DNA of 64,000 bases from an uncultured Spartobacteria bacterium (GCA_938011325.1 CALLUD010000006.1:396125-460124), one strand, 5' to 3'; positions 22,050 through 31,166 are shown, numbered from the stretch's first letter. A program made the numbers and translations. The notes: generated by a model from the letters alone, not told the origin.

Positions 22050-22779
22050 ACTTCCGCTCCGCAGCGGGAACGCGCCCGAGATATTTCAGGACCGCATCCG
22101 TGCGGGTGTGGACATGCAGCTTCTCGTAGATGAGGCGAATGTGATTCCGCACCGTCTGCCAGCTGATCTCGAGCTTGTCCGCGACCTCCTTCGGGGTCTG
22201 CCCGTCGGCGAGAAGAGCAAGCACCTCCCGCTCTCGCGGCGTGAGATCCATGAGCTGGGATTCGGTGGAAACCGAACTCACTCCGGCCACCTCCCGCCCG
22301 TGAAGCCTGTGGAAATACTCCACCATGCGGCGCGCGATCTGCGGCGAAATCGGCGCCCCTCCCGCCACGATGTCGCGCAGCAGGTCGAGCAATCGCCGGC
22401 GCGGCGTTCTTTTCAGCAGATACCCGTCCGCCCCGGCCGCGAGCGATTGGAACAACTTGTCGTTGTCGTCGTAGGCGGTGAGCATCACGAGCCGCGCGTC
22501 CGGCATCCGCTTTTTGAGTTCGCAAAGGCATTCGATGCCCGACGCACCCGGAAGCTGAATGTCCAGCAGCACGATGTCGCATTCGGTCTTTGGAATCGTC
22601 GCGAGCGCCTCCTCGGTATTCGCACAGGCGGCGACCACCTCGAAGTCGGCGGTGCTGGCAAACATCCGCGTCAGCGTTTCTCGAAATCCCGAGTGGTCCT
22701 CCACAATGGCGACGCGGATCGAACCGGCTTTCTGCGAGTCGGATTGTTTGCTGGAACTGGAAGAACGAGCCATTGGCAT
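22048..22779 (-). CDS. NarL/LuxR-family response regulator
   Basis: Receiver domain (VAIVEDH...DIVLLDIQLPGASG...LTAYDD) plus a LuxR HTH (LTPREREVLALLADGQTPKEVADKLEISWQTVRNHI). Confidence 0.9.
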   Translation of the reverse strand: MPMARSSSSSKQSDSQKAGSIRVAIVEDHSGFRETLTRMFASTADFEVVAACANTEEALATIPKTECDIVLLDIQLPGASGIECLCELKKRMPDARLVMLTAYDDNDKLFQSLAAGADGYLLKRTPRRRLLDLLRDIVAGGAPISPQIARRMVEYFHRLHGREVAGVSSVSTESQLMDLTPREREVLALLADGQTPKEVADKLEISWQTVRNHIRLIYEKLHVHTRTDAVLKYLGRVPAAERK

Positions 22780-22792
22780 GAGTTGATTCGGA

Positions 22793-24235
22793 CTATTTGG
22801 CGGACTTCAGATTGATTCGAAAAATGATTTTTGTTCCCTGGCCCGGCGCGCTCTTGAGATCCACCGAGCCGCCGTTGCGTTCCAGCCGGATTCGCTGGTT
22901 GTCCAGGCCGTTTCCCCGCTGGGCGGACTGACTGTCGAACCCGCGCCCGTTGTCCTCCACCGTAATCGTCAGCTCGGGCGCATTCCAGTCGAGTTTCAAC
23001 CACGCCTCGGAGGCGCCCGAGTGTTTGAGCAGGTTGGTGAAGGCCTCCTTCACGGCCAGGGTCAGATCGTGGCGCGTTTCCGAGCTCAGGGGATACTCGG
23101 GCAGGTCGGTCGGGACTTCCTTTCGGACGCGGATCGGCGCCTCCTCGAAACACTCGTCGGCAATCCGGCACAGGTAGTCCGCGAGCCGGGCAAGGTTGTC
23201 ATTTCGAGGGTTCACCGCCCACACGATCTCGTCGAGCGCCGCCACCACGCCGCGGGCATGCTGCGCGATGCGCGCGAAATTCTGGTTCAGCTCCTCCCGG
23301 GTGCCCACGTCCTCCTCGCCGAGGTCGGCCAGCAGGCCGATCTGCGCCAGCTCCGCCCCGAGCGTGTCGTGAATGTCCCGCGCGATGCGCTCCCGTTCCA
23401 TTGCCACCGCGTGCTCCCGCTCCAGCCGCTGGATGTGCCGGCGCGCCCGCCGCCTCTCCAGCATCTGCGCCGTAAGCGCCACGGCGACCAGCACGGCGCA
23501 CGCCGTTACCCCGAGAAACCACCCGCGCTGCCAGAACCGCGGACGCACCAAATCCTCGAAACTCGTCGCCACCGCGACGTTGCTGAATTTCCACCCCTCT
23601 CCTCCACCTCGATGGCGGAAGCGAATCTCGTCAAACGTGGCGTCCGCGCGAAACTGCGTTCGAATCTCCGGCGGCTGGGTCGCCTCCGTCGCGCCCAGCG
23701 AGAGGTCGGGATCCATCCAGACCGTTACCTCGGCGGGTTGACCCGGAATATACCGGACCTTGAAAACAATCGTCCGGGGCGTCCTGCGGCGGACAAATTC
23801 GAAATCCTTCGACTTCTCGGGATAGGCCGACTTCAGGTCAAACTCGCCAAAGGCGTCGTTTCCCGGCCCTTTTTCCGCCGTGTTGAAAGCGCTGTATCCT
23901 CTCGCCCGCCACGCGTTGCCGATCCCGAGGTGCTCCCAGCCGTCCTTGAAAAACACGATGCCGGCGGCGTAGCGCGTGGATGCGTCCGTGGCGCCGTCGG
24001 AGAGCGGGTCCACGTCGAACCGGAAATACAGCGTGTCCGACGCCGTCTCATCCCGCGTCCCGATCTTGTCAAGGGGAATGCTCTCCTCCCCGAGGCTTTC
24101 GTGCGCAAGCACGGTCCTGGAATCGCTCCAGAGCAGCTCCGCCGGAGCATTGGAGGCGGACACGAGGACTGCCGCGACAGTCATCCACGCGATCCTTCGC
24201 GCAATCCTACGGGCGGCGCCGACGGGGGAAGACAT
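22793..24235 (-). CDS. Sensor histidine kinase (HisKA_3/HATPase_c) with a large N-terminal extracytoplasmic domain
   Basis: H-box ERERIARDIHDTLGAELAQI, N/G boxes (EAFTNLLKHS; DNGRGF; GNGLDN...GQGTKI). One TM segment follows a roughly 230-aa periplasmic region. The gene ends 13 nt upstream of the response regulator. Confidence 0.85.
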   Translation of the reverse strand: MSSPVGAARRIARRIAWMTVAAVLVSASNAPAELLWSDSRTVLAHESLGEESIPLDKIGTRDETASDTLYFRFDVDPLSDGATDASTRYAAGIVFFKDGWEHLGIGNAWRARGYSAFNTAEKGPGNDAFGEFDLKSAYPEKSKDFEFVRRRTPRTIVFKVRYIPGQPAEVTVWMDPDLSLGATEATQPPEIRTQFRADATFDEIRFRHRGGGEGWKFSNVAVATSFEDLVRPRFWQRGWFLGVTACAVLVAVALTAQMLERRRARRHIQRLEREHAVAMERERIARDIHDTLGAELAQIGLLADLGEEDVGTREELNQNFARIAQHARGVVAALDEIVWAVNPRNDNLARLADYLCRIADECFEEAPIRVRKEVPTDLPEYPLSSETRHDLTLAVKEAFTNLLKHSGASEAWLKLDWNAPELTITVEDNGRGFDSQSAQRGNGLDNQRIRLERNGGSVDLKSAPGQGTKIIFRINLKSAK

Positions 24236-24303
24236 GACTCACGATTAACGAATGAAAGGATGCCCGTCCATGGCACTCTGCCGAGGCCTTGACGCATGGG
24301 CGC

Positions 24304-24338
24304 AAAAACACCCGCCGAACGAATCCGGCGGGTGTCTT
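24304..24338 (-). terminator. Intrinsic terminator after PEP-CTERM gene 24358..25050
   Basis: Minus-strand RNA: ACACCCGCCG-gauucguu-CGGCGGGUGU followed by UUUUU. Confidence 0.7.
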
Positions 24339-24357
24339 TCGAATCTGATCAACGCGG

Positions 24358-25050
24358 TTAGTGCCTGCGACGCCGCAGCAGGACCACGGAAGCACCCAGC
24401 CCCAGCAGAGCCACGACGCCCGGCTCGGGAACCGCGATCTGATTGAAGCTCAGGTTGTCGATGCCGTGACGGCCGTTGGAAGGGTAGGTCTGGTCGACCC
24501 GGTTGAAGGTCAGCGTGTAGCTCTCGCCCGGATCGCCGGTAAATTCCGGTGCAATGGTAAACACCTGCCCGTTTTCAAAAATTACGAAATCGGCCCATAC
24601 GACGTTCTCATTGGAATCCGTCAGCGTCAGGTCCCACTGGGTCGTTCCCGCCGTTTCGGCGGTATGGCCGAAATCGAACGAGTTCAGCACCAGCGCATAC
24701 CCGTCCTCGACGATAAACTGGATCGTATGGAAGCCCAGTTCCAGCTGAGCGATTCGTGGGATATCCCCTTCGTTGTCCCACGCTCCGCCACCGACGAACT
24801 GGTTCTCAAGAGGAGCGAAAAAGTTGGAAGTATGAATGTCCCATTCAGCATCCCAACTCAGAGCAATGTTCGGAGTGGCACCATTGGAGACCACCAAACC
24901 GTTGGAGTCCGTGGTCGCGAAGGATCCCAAATCGACAGGGATCGGGGCGTTGCTCCCACCGAGCTGTCCGAAGCCGATGTTGGTGGCGTGAGCGGCGGTG
25001 AAACCACCGGCGAAGATGCCCAGAACGGCAAGAAGAGGTGAGATCTTCAT
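24358..25050 (-). CDS. PEP-CTERM sorting-domain secreted protein (paralog A)
   Basis: Signal peptide. The C-terminal VPEPGVVALLGLGASVVLLRRRRH gives the PEP motif, a TM segment and a basic tail. It is collinear with the next gene over roughly 190 aa (eye alignment, about half the residues identical). Confidence 0.85.
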   Translation of the reverse strand: MKISPLLAVLGIFAGGFTAAHATNIGFGQLGGSNAPIPVDLGSFATTDSNGLVVSNGATPNIALSWDAEWDIHTSNFFAPLENQFVGGGAWDNEGDIPRIAQLELGFHTIQFIVEDGYALVLNSFDFGHTAETAGTTQWDLTLTDSNENVVWADFVIFENGQVFTIAPEFTGDPGESYTLTFNRVDQTYPSNGRHGIDNLSFNQIAVPEPGVVALLGLGASVVLLRRRRH

Positions 25051-25116
25051 GACATGTAGCAGTTCGCGGGGACTTAGGGATTTTGAAACCGGGATCGTTT
25101 ACCCGGGAAAGTTGCC

Positions 25117-25146
25117 GGCGGGGCGGCCGTGCGCAACCGCCCCGCC
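25117..25146 (-). terminator. GC-rich hairpin after PEP-CTERM gene 25161..25880
   Basis: GGCGGGGCGG-n10-CCGCCCCGCC: a perfect 10-bp stem. A second small hairpin (CCGGG/CCCGG) followed by UUUC lies further along the transcript. Confidence 0.5.
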
Positions 25147-25160
25147 GTGCAATGGGTTGA

Positions 25161-25880
25161 TTAATCTTTGCTGGCCTTGCGGCGACGTGCCACTGCAAGC
25201 GCGCCCAGCAGGCTGGCCAGAGCGACGCCGTAGGTCGCAGGCTCCGGGACCTGCGAGAAGCTCAGGTTGTCGATGCCGTGACGACCGTTGGAGCCGAAGC
25301 TCTCCGAGGTCCGGTGGAAGGTCAGGAGGTAATCCTCTCCACTGACGCCGGTGAAGTTCGGAGTAATGACCTGGGTATCGGGGTTATTCCCTACTACCGT
25401 GAAGGTAATGCTCTGACTCCAGACCACAATGTTCGTGGAAAGCGCGGTAAGCGTGAGGTCCCAGCTCGTAGTTGTGTTCGGTGTCTCCCCCGTGAGACCG
25501 AAGTCGAAGGAGTTCAGGACCAGCGAATAGCCGTCATCCACATTGAACTGAATCGTGTGATCGCCGAAGTCGAGCTGCCCAATTCTTGGAACGCCCCCTT
25601 CGTTGTCCCAAGCACCACCACCAACGAATTCGTCCTCCAGAGAGCTGAACCAGGAGGACGTGTGGATGTCCCAGCCCGTATCCCAGACCAAGGCGATATT
25701 GGGTGTGGCGCCACCCAAGGAGACGACATACCCGTTTCCATCAGCGACGGCATTGGAACCGAAGTTGACGGGAATTTGAGTATTATTTCCGCCCAGTTGG
25801 CCAAAACCGAGGTTTGTGGCGTGGGCGGCGGCCAGGCCGGTAAACAGCATGGCCAAGGGGATTAGAGAACGTTTGATCAT
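25161..25880 (-). CDS. PEP-CTERM sorting-domain secreted protein (paralog B)
   Basis: Signal peptide, then the C-terminal VPEPATYGVALASLLGALAVARRRKASKD. It shares ATN[IL]GFGQLGG...GGGAWDNEG...LVLNSFDFG...SNGRHGIDNLSF with paralog A. Confidence 0.85.
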   Translation of the reverse strand: MIKRSLIPLAMLFTGLAAAHATNLGFGQLGGNNTQIPVNFGSNAVADGNGYVVSLGGATPNIALVWDTGWDIHTSSWFSSLEDEFVGGGAWDNEGGVPRIGQLDFGDHTIQFNVDDGYSLVLNSFDFGLTGETPNTTTSWDLTLTALSTNIVVWSQSITFTVVGNNPDTQVITPNFTGVSGEDYLLTFHRTSESFGSNGRHGIDNLSFSQVPEPATYGVALASLLGALAVARRRKASKD

Positions 25881-25949
25881 AATGTGGAGTTGGATTTGTT
25901 CAGCGAGGGGAATTCGCCATTAGTGGTTAGGTAACTCCACCTCCCACAC

Positions 25950-26345
25950 GCCGACAATGACACAAGTGTATCATGCCGCCACCCAGGCACTTCGATGCTG
26001 CGGCATGAAATAAAAGGGGACAGCTCCCTTAAGGGGTGAAAATATTCAGCGCAAAAAGCGACGGACGGACGCGGGGAGCACCCCTGCCGTGACCACCGCA
26101 AGGACGCGTGGCTCTTCATGATTTCGCGAACTTCCGGAAACGCGGTTCGTCCTCCTCAAGCGACTCCCTGCCGCCGATCTTATCTCGAACCACAGGCCCG
26201 GCACCTGCCACTTCTTCCCTTCGATTCAATGGAGCATCCCCTCGATGAAGCGACCGGGCTTGTCCAGGGTGGTTGTCCTCGCGGATGGATGCCCGATCAA
26301 TGCCCGCACGTCGCGGCGAGAGGCATCCCGCATGCCCGACGCCGT
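25950..26345. repeat. Segmental duplication, copy 1 (matches 27803..28200)
   Basis: By eye it aligns, with indels, to the leader of gene 26494..27744 plus the 3' end of the nucleotidyltransferase gene. One example is ...CGCGGTTCG(T/C)CCTCCTC(A/G)AGCGA(C/T)TCC(C/T)TGCCGCCGAT...GAACCACAGGCCCGGCACCT. Confidence 0.8.
26116..26345 (-). pseudogene. Decayed 3'-terminal fragment of a sugar-phosphate nucleotidyltransferase gene (paralog of 27976..28728)
   Basis: Nucleotide homology to roughly the last 75 codons of 27976..28728, with frame-breaking indels (GATCTTATCTCGAACC versus GATGTCGAACC). No intact ORF exists in that frame. Confidence 0.6.
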
Positions 26346-26438
26346 TTCATCCCCCCGGCCCGATCCTGTCGAGGGAATGCCGGCGGCCAACGAACGGATC
26401 CCGGTGAAACCTGAAACCGCTCCCTCCGGAAAATGACA

Positions 26439-26468
26439 GTGGGGCGGTCCGTGCGCGAACCGCCCCAC
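26439..26468 (-). terminator. GC-rich hairpin after PEP-CTERM gene 26494..27744
   Basis: GTGGGGCGG-n12-CCGCCCCAC. This block is homologous to the hairpin at 25117..25146 and is followed by the same GTGCAATGGGTTGAT. Confidence 0.5.
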
Positions 26469-26493
26469 CGTGCAATGGGTTGATGAGTTGAAT

Positions 26494-27744
26494 TTAGCGG
26501 GTCGCGGCCGTGCGGCGACGGGCCACGACAAACATACCGAGCAAGCCGGCGAGGACCATAACGACGGTCGCAGGCTCGGGAACGACCGCAATGACGGTGA
26601 TGTCGTTCAGGGCATCGTATGTGGCAAAGGTGCCCTCGACGCCGGAAAACCAGCTTTGAGCGATAATCGAGGTTTGATTGCCCTGCAGCGTGATCGTTCC
26701 GCCGGAGAAGTTGAAGACGCTGCCGTTCTCTTCATTCCCGAGCGTGATGCCCCCGGCAAAGAGACTGCCGCCGGTCATGTTCACGATCCCCATGCCATCA
26801 AAGTCTCCGCTGAGATCGCCACCAAGCACCAGGAAGCCCTCGAGATTCAACACGCCGTCATTGATCGTAAGCGTGCCGTTATCCTGCTGACCCAAAAGCA
26901 GCGGCGTGGCGCCGGTGATGTTCAGCGTTCCACTTTCGAGAACGATGCGCGAGTGGAGCCCTCCCGAGCCGCCCTGACCGACGCGGATGCTCGTGTAGTC
27001 GTTGATGTTCACCGTGCCGCCGTCGATGATCAGCCCGGCGTTGCGGGAAATACGGAACTCGGAGGAGTTCGTGCCGGTGTGGGTGAAGGTGGCGGTGCCG
27101 CCGGTGACGTTGAAGGTGTCGCCCACGGCGTCCGGGTCAATGGCCACCGACCCCTCGGCGCCCGCCTCGCCACCCTTGCCCAGCCAAACGCCCCGCAGGT
27201 GGGCGTCTGACCAGGTGGCTTCGGAGTTTACTGTCAACGTGCCACCCGAGAGGTTGTAGGTGGTTCCCGCCTGGTTGATGTTGTTGTCGGAGAGCTGGAA
27301 GCCGCGACCCAATGTCGCGTGGACGGTTCCACCGGTCTGGTTGAACGTGCCGACCGCGCCCGCGCCGACGATGAAATATTCACCGATTTGATTGAGCGCG
27401 CCTCCGCTCATGTTGAAGACGCCGTTGTTCAACAACCGCGCCGAGCCAAGGGCTAGATTGACGACGCCCGTCCCGCTGATCGTGGTGGTGCCGGCACCGC
27501 GACGATCCCAGTTTCCGCTTGGAATATCGACCTCATTCGGCGTGCTGGTATCAATGAGAACATCGGATCCCGTGCCGGGAACTTCCGCGGGGTCCCAGTT
27601 GTCGGGATTGCTGTAGTTGGAGTCCACCGCGCCGGTCCAGGTCGACTGGGCGTAACCCGCAGGAACCGCGGCAAGTAGAACGACGCATGCACCGAACTTC
27701 GCAAGGAAGGACTGTTTATGGAGTTTGTGGGTAGGGGATTGCAT
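26494..27744 (-). CDS. Large PEP-CTERM sorting-domain protein with beta-helix-like Gly/Thr/Asn repeats
   Basis: Signal peptide (FGACVVLLAAVPAGYAQ), the STWTGAVDSNYSNPDNWDP motif common in PATR-type proteins, and the C-terminal VPEPATVVMVLAGLLGMFVVARRRTAATR. I chose the ATG at 27742..27744; the track start at 27801 is also possible. Confidence 0.8.
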   Translation of the reverse strand: MQSPTHKLHKQSFLAKFGACVVLLAAVPAGYAQSTWTGAVDSNYSNPDNWDPAEVPGTGSDVLIDTSTPNEVDIPSGNWDRRGAGTTTISGTGVVNLALGSARLLNNGVFNMSGGALNQIGEYFIVGAGAVGTFNQTGGTVHATLGRGFQLSDNNINQAGTTYNLSGGTLTVNSEATWSDAHLRGVWLGKGGEAGAEGSVAIDPDAVGDTFNVTGGTATFTHTGTNSSEFRISRNAGLIIDGGTVNINDYTSIRVGQGGSGGLHSRIVLESGTLNITGATPLLLGQQDNGTLTINDGVLNLEGFLVLGGDLSGDFDGMGIVNMTGGSLFAGGITLGNEENGSVFNFSGGTITLQGNQTSIIAQSWFSGVEGTFATYDALNDITVIAVVPEPATVVMVLAGLLGMFVVARRRTAATR

Positions 27745-27802
27745 AGGGGATGTTTTACTTCTGAAATCGTCCTCTCCGGCCCGGTTGGCTGTCAATTTCA
27801 CA

Positions 27803-28200
27803 CCGCTGACACAAGTGTATTACTCTTCAATCAGGCCCTTCAGTCCTTCGGCACTAAATCAGACAGGCAAGCCCTCGGGAGTGAAAGGATTCAGCGCAAA
27901 ACAGGACAAAGAGGGCGGCGGCCGGACGAGGGAAAACCCTGCCATGGCCGCCGTGCAAGACGCCTGACTCGGTGATTACTTCACGAACTGCTGGAAAACG
28001 CGGTTCGCCTCCTCGAGCGATTCCTTGCCGCCGATGTCGAACCACAGGCCCGGCACCTTCCACGTCTTCACCTCGATGCGGTGGTGCAACCACTCGATGA
28101 GGCGGCCGGGCTGGTCCGGGTTGTTTCCCTCGCGGATGTATTGCTCAATGAGCGGCAGCACGTCGCTCCGATAGTAATACAGCGCGATGCCCGACAGCGT
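27803..28200. repeat. Segmental duplication, copy 2 (matches 25950..26345)
   Basis: See copy 1. This copy contains the intact gene end. Confidence 0.8.
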
Positions 28201-28728
28201 GCTCTCGGGATTCGGCGACTTCTCGACAAATTTCGTGATGCGACCGTTCCCGTCGATCGAGATCGAGTTGTATTTCTTCACGAGCTCGAGGTCGCCCACG
28301 TCGTAAACCGCAATGGTCGCGGGCGCTTCCTTGCCCACGGATCCGAATTCGGTGACCGGCTCGCTGAAAAGATTGTCTCCGGCCACAACGATGAGGTCCT
28401 TGCCGAAAAGGTGCTCCTGCGTGAGCACGAGATGAATGTCGCCAATGGCCCCCTTCTTGTCGGCATCGCTCGTCGTGCCGTCGTTGATGATCTTGAAGCT
28501 CAACTTCGGCTGACGGTGGTTGTATTCGTCGGCCCAGACGCGGAAATCGTGGGCAAACTTGTTGTTGGTGACCACGTAAACCGTCTCGATGTCGGGAATG
28601 GGGGCAAGGTTGTCGAGAACCCACTCGATCATCGGCTTGCCGGCGACTTCGAGGAGCGGTTTGGCTTTATTTAACGTCAGGGGATAGAGCCGGGTGGCAT
28701 ACCCGGCCGCGAGGATGAGCACGTTCAT
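27976..28728 (-). CDS. Sugar-1-phosphate nucleotidyltransferase (NTP_transferase family)
   Basis: MNVLILAAGYATRLYPLTLNKAKPLL carries the GxGxRLxPLT signature. I trimmed to the ATG at 28726..28728. Confidence 0.85.
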   Translation of the reverse strand: MNVLILAAGYATRLYPLTLNKAKPLLEVAGKPMIEWVLDNLAPIPDIETVYVVTNNKFAHDFRVWADEYNHRQPKLSFKIINDGTTSDADKKGAIGDIHLVLTQEHLFGKDLIVVAGDNLFSEPVTEFGSVGKEAPATIAVYDVGDLELVKKYNSISIDGNGRITKFVEKSPNPESTLSGIALYYYRSDVLPLIEQYIREGNNPDQPGRLIEWLHHRIEVKTWKVPGLWFDIGGKESLEEANRVFQQFVK

Positions 28729-28773
28729 GCACCTGCAAGCATGCCCCGCCACGCCGCAGTCGGCAAGCTTCCC

Positions 28774-29676
28774 TCACTCCCGGCGGCCCACCGGCACAAA
28801 CTGATACCACTGGCGCGGGTCGTGCGAGATTTCCTCGAACAACGCCTGCGCAATCGCGCGGGTCGCGGCGGCGACGTTTGCGTCGCGGTCTCCGTCCATT
28901 CGCCGCGGCCGGATGCCCGGTTTCGACACGATCCGGTAGCGGCCATCGGGCCGTCGCGTGATGGTCACGGGAATCACGGGGCAGTCGGCCAGGTAGGCCA
29001 GCAACGCCGGCGAGGAGGAAAACTCGATCGTCCCCCGCGGCAGCGCCACTTCCACGGTGGGCCCGCCAAAGGGCCGGTCGGCGAGCATTGCCGCGAAGCC
29101 GCCCTCGTTCAATGCCTGCACCACCCGCAGCGAGGAAAACGCATCGGGGCCGATCTCGATGGTTTCCGCGCCCCATCGTTTTCGAAACGCCGCACGCCAC
29201 TGTGTGAGCTCGGGCATGTGTTCGGAAAGCGTGACGACGGTCACGGGATATCCGGCCTTTCCCAGCAACAACGCTCCAAACTCGAAAAAGCCATAGTGCC
29301 CGGTCGCAAGGATCGCCCCCCGGCCCGCGCGCCGCGCCTCCTCGAGATGCTCGCCGCCGAGGCTCTCCGCGCAGAGTTTCTCCGCCTCGTCGATGCGCAT
29401 GTTTCCAATCGCGACGTAATCCGCGATCGTCGCGCCGAAGTTCGTGAAGACTTTCACCGCATCGCCGAACTTCGCCGGGAAAAACAGCTCGAGATTTCGC
29501 TGCACGGTTTTCGTGACCCCGATCTGCGTGACCGCGTAGCTCCACGCGACACTGCGCGCGACCGCCTGATAAAATCCGCGCCCCAAAAAGCCGAACAGCC
29601 GCGAGGTGAACTCGAAAATCTGCGGCGTGTAGATGAGTTTGAAAAACGCGCGTTCGTAGTGCGGTTTGGACGGCAT
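28774..29676 (-). CDS. LpxL/HtrB-like lysophospholipid (lauroyl/myristoyl-type) acyltransferase
   Basis: 300 aa. ILATGHYGFFEFG resembles the H(x)4E/D box of the LpxL family. The length and N-terminal hydrophobic segment fit. Confidence 0.7.
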   Translation of the reverse strand: MPSKPHYERAFFKLIYTPQIFEFTSRLFGFLGRGFYQAVARSVAWSYAVTQIGVTKTVQRNLELFFPAKFGDAVKVFTNFGATIADYVAIGNMRIDEAEKLCAESLGGEHLEEARRAGRGAILATGHYGFFEFGALLLGKAGYPVTVVTLSEHMPELTQWRAAFRKRWGAETIEIGPDAFSSLRVVQALNEGGFAAMLADRPFGGPTVEVALPRGTIEFSSSPALLAYLADCPVIPVTITRRPDGRYRIVSKPGIRPRRMDGDRDANVAAATRAIAQALFEEISHDPRQWYQFVPVGRRE

Positions 29677-29682
29677 GAAAAA

Positions 29683-30414
29683 TCACCCGAGACGCCCGGG
29701 AGCGGGAATCACACACCGATAACCCTCGTCGGTCAACCGCTCGAGCAATCGCTCCACCGTTGCAGCGCGACCGTCGCCCTCGTGCACGACGAGAATCGCC
29801 CCGGGCCGCACCCCTCGCATCAATCGCTCGACAACGACTTCGCCACGCGCGGAACAGCCGTCCAGCCCGGAGACCGTCCAGCCGACAAGGTGCTGATCGC
29901 CGAGGGCCGAATGCACAAACGGATTCGTCATCCCGACCGGCGAACGAAACAACGCGGGCGGATGTCCGGTGGCCGTCACGATGGCTTCGCCGCCGAGACG
30001 GATTTCCCGGTGGGTGGCGCAGGGCCCGAGCGCCCAAAAGGAGGCCGAGGGGTGTGAATACGTGTGATTCCCGATCTGATGTCCTTCCCGAAATGACCGC
30101 CAGACCAGATCGCGGTGCGCGTCCACCTTTCGGCCAATCACGAAAAACGTCGCCCTGGCTTCGTGCCGGGCGAGCGCATCGAGGATTTGCGGCGTGTCGT
30201 GAGGATCCGGGCCGTCATCGATCGTCAACCACACTTCGCGGCGGGCCGTCGGAAACTCGCGAATAATCGGGCCAAACCAGGGGCTGTTCCGCCACAACGT
30301 CGGAACGAGCAGGCATGCGTGCCCGACCGGCCAGCCGAGCAAGCCCTTTCTCCCGAACACAAGCGGTGCGGCAAAACCGCCCGCCGCCGCTGCAAAAAGA
30401 ACCTTTCGCATCAT
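29683..30414 (-). CDS. Polysaccharide deacetylase (NodB/CE4 family)
   Basis: LTIDDGPDP, ATFFVIG and IGNHTYSHP are NodB motifs. I trimmed the 524-aa track ORF to MMRKV. Its start overlaps the upstream stop (ATGA). Confidence 0.85.
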   Translation of the reverse strand: MMRKVLFAAAAGGFAAPLVFGRKGLLGWPVGHACLLVPTLWRNSPWFGPIIREFPTARREVWLTIDDGPDPHDTPQILDALARHEARATFFVIGRKVDAHRDLVWRSFREGHQIGNHTYSHPSASFWALGPCATHREIRLGGEAIVTATGHPPALFRSPVGMTNPFVHSALGDQHLVGWTVSGLDGCSARGEVVVERLMRGVRPGAILVVHEGDGRAATVERLLERLTDEGYRCVIPAPGRLG

Positions 30415-31166
30415 CGCAATCGCCGCGCGAGGAGCCGCGGCAGCCGGAGGAGCATTCCGAAAAACAGCCGAGTGTGAGTCGAGACGAGAAGCAGGTTGTC
30501 CCGCAGGTAGCTGAAATGCGTGACGCCGCCCTCTTCGCGCGGGGGATATGTCACCGGCACGGGAATGTTGATTGGTCTCACGCCACGCCAGTAAAGCCGC
30601 ACCGCAAGCTCGGTGTCGAAATCGAATCGCCGCGCGGTGCGGATCGATTCCATGATCTCCACCGACTCGCGAATCGGATACACGCGAAAGCCGAACAGCG
30701 AGTCGTGAATTCCCCCCCACAATGTCGCGAGGTTCGCCCACCAGTTGCCCACGCGCCGGCCCTTCACGCGCTCCGGCGGCGCATCCGGTCCAAAAATCGG
30801 TTCGCCGAGCAGCATCGCATCCGGCTCCTGCATCGACCGTGCCATGAACGGCTCCACCGCCTCCACGCTGTGCTGCCCGTCGGCGTCCATGACCAGCACG
30901 TGCGTGAATCCCTCCGCGAGCGCCACCTTCATGCCCTCGAGCACCGCGCCGCCCTTTCCGGAGTTTTTCGGCAACACGATGCGCCGCACGTGAGGATTCC
31001 GCTCGAGCAGCGGATCCAGCAGTTCGCCACTGCCATCGGTGCTGGCATCGATCACAACCCACACCGGCAACCATCGCCCGGCGACCGCCTCCGCGACACG
31101 CGGCAGCATTTGCCCGCTGTTGTAGCTGGGCAGCAAAACCAGATGCGTCGTGCTCGGCCCGGGCAT
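30411..31166 (-). CDS. Family 2 glycosyltransferase
   Basis: LLPSYNSGQML..., VIDASTDGS, VLVMDADGQH (DxD). Confidence 0.85.
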   Translation of the reverse strand: MPGPSTTHLVLLPSYNSGQMLPRVAEAVAGRWLPVWVVIDASTDGSGELLDPLLERNPHVRRIVLPKNSGKGGAVLEGMKVALAEGFTHVLVMDADGQHSVEAVEPFMARSMQEPDAMLLGEPIFGPDAPPERVKGRRVGNWWANLATLWGGIHDSLFGFRVYPIRESVEIMESIRTARRFDFDTELAVRLYWRGVRPINIPVPVTYPPREEGGVTHFSYLRDNLLLVSTHTRLFFGMLLRLPRLLARRLR

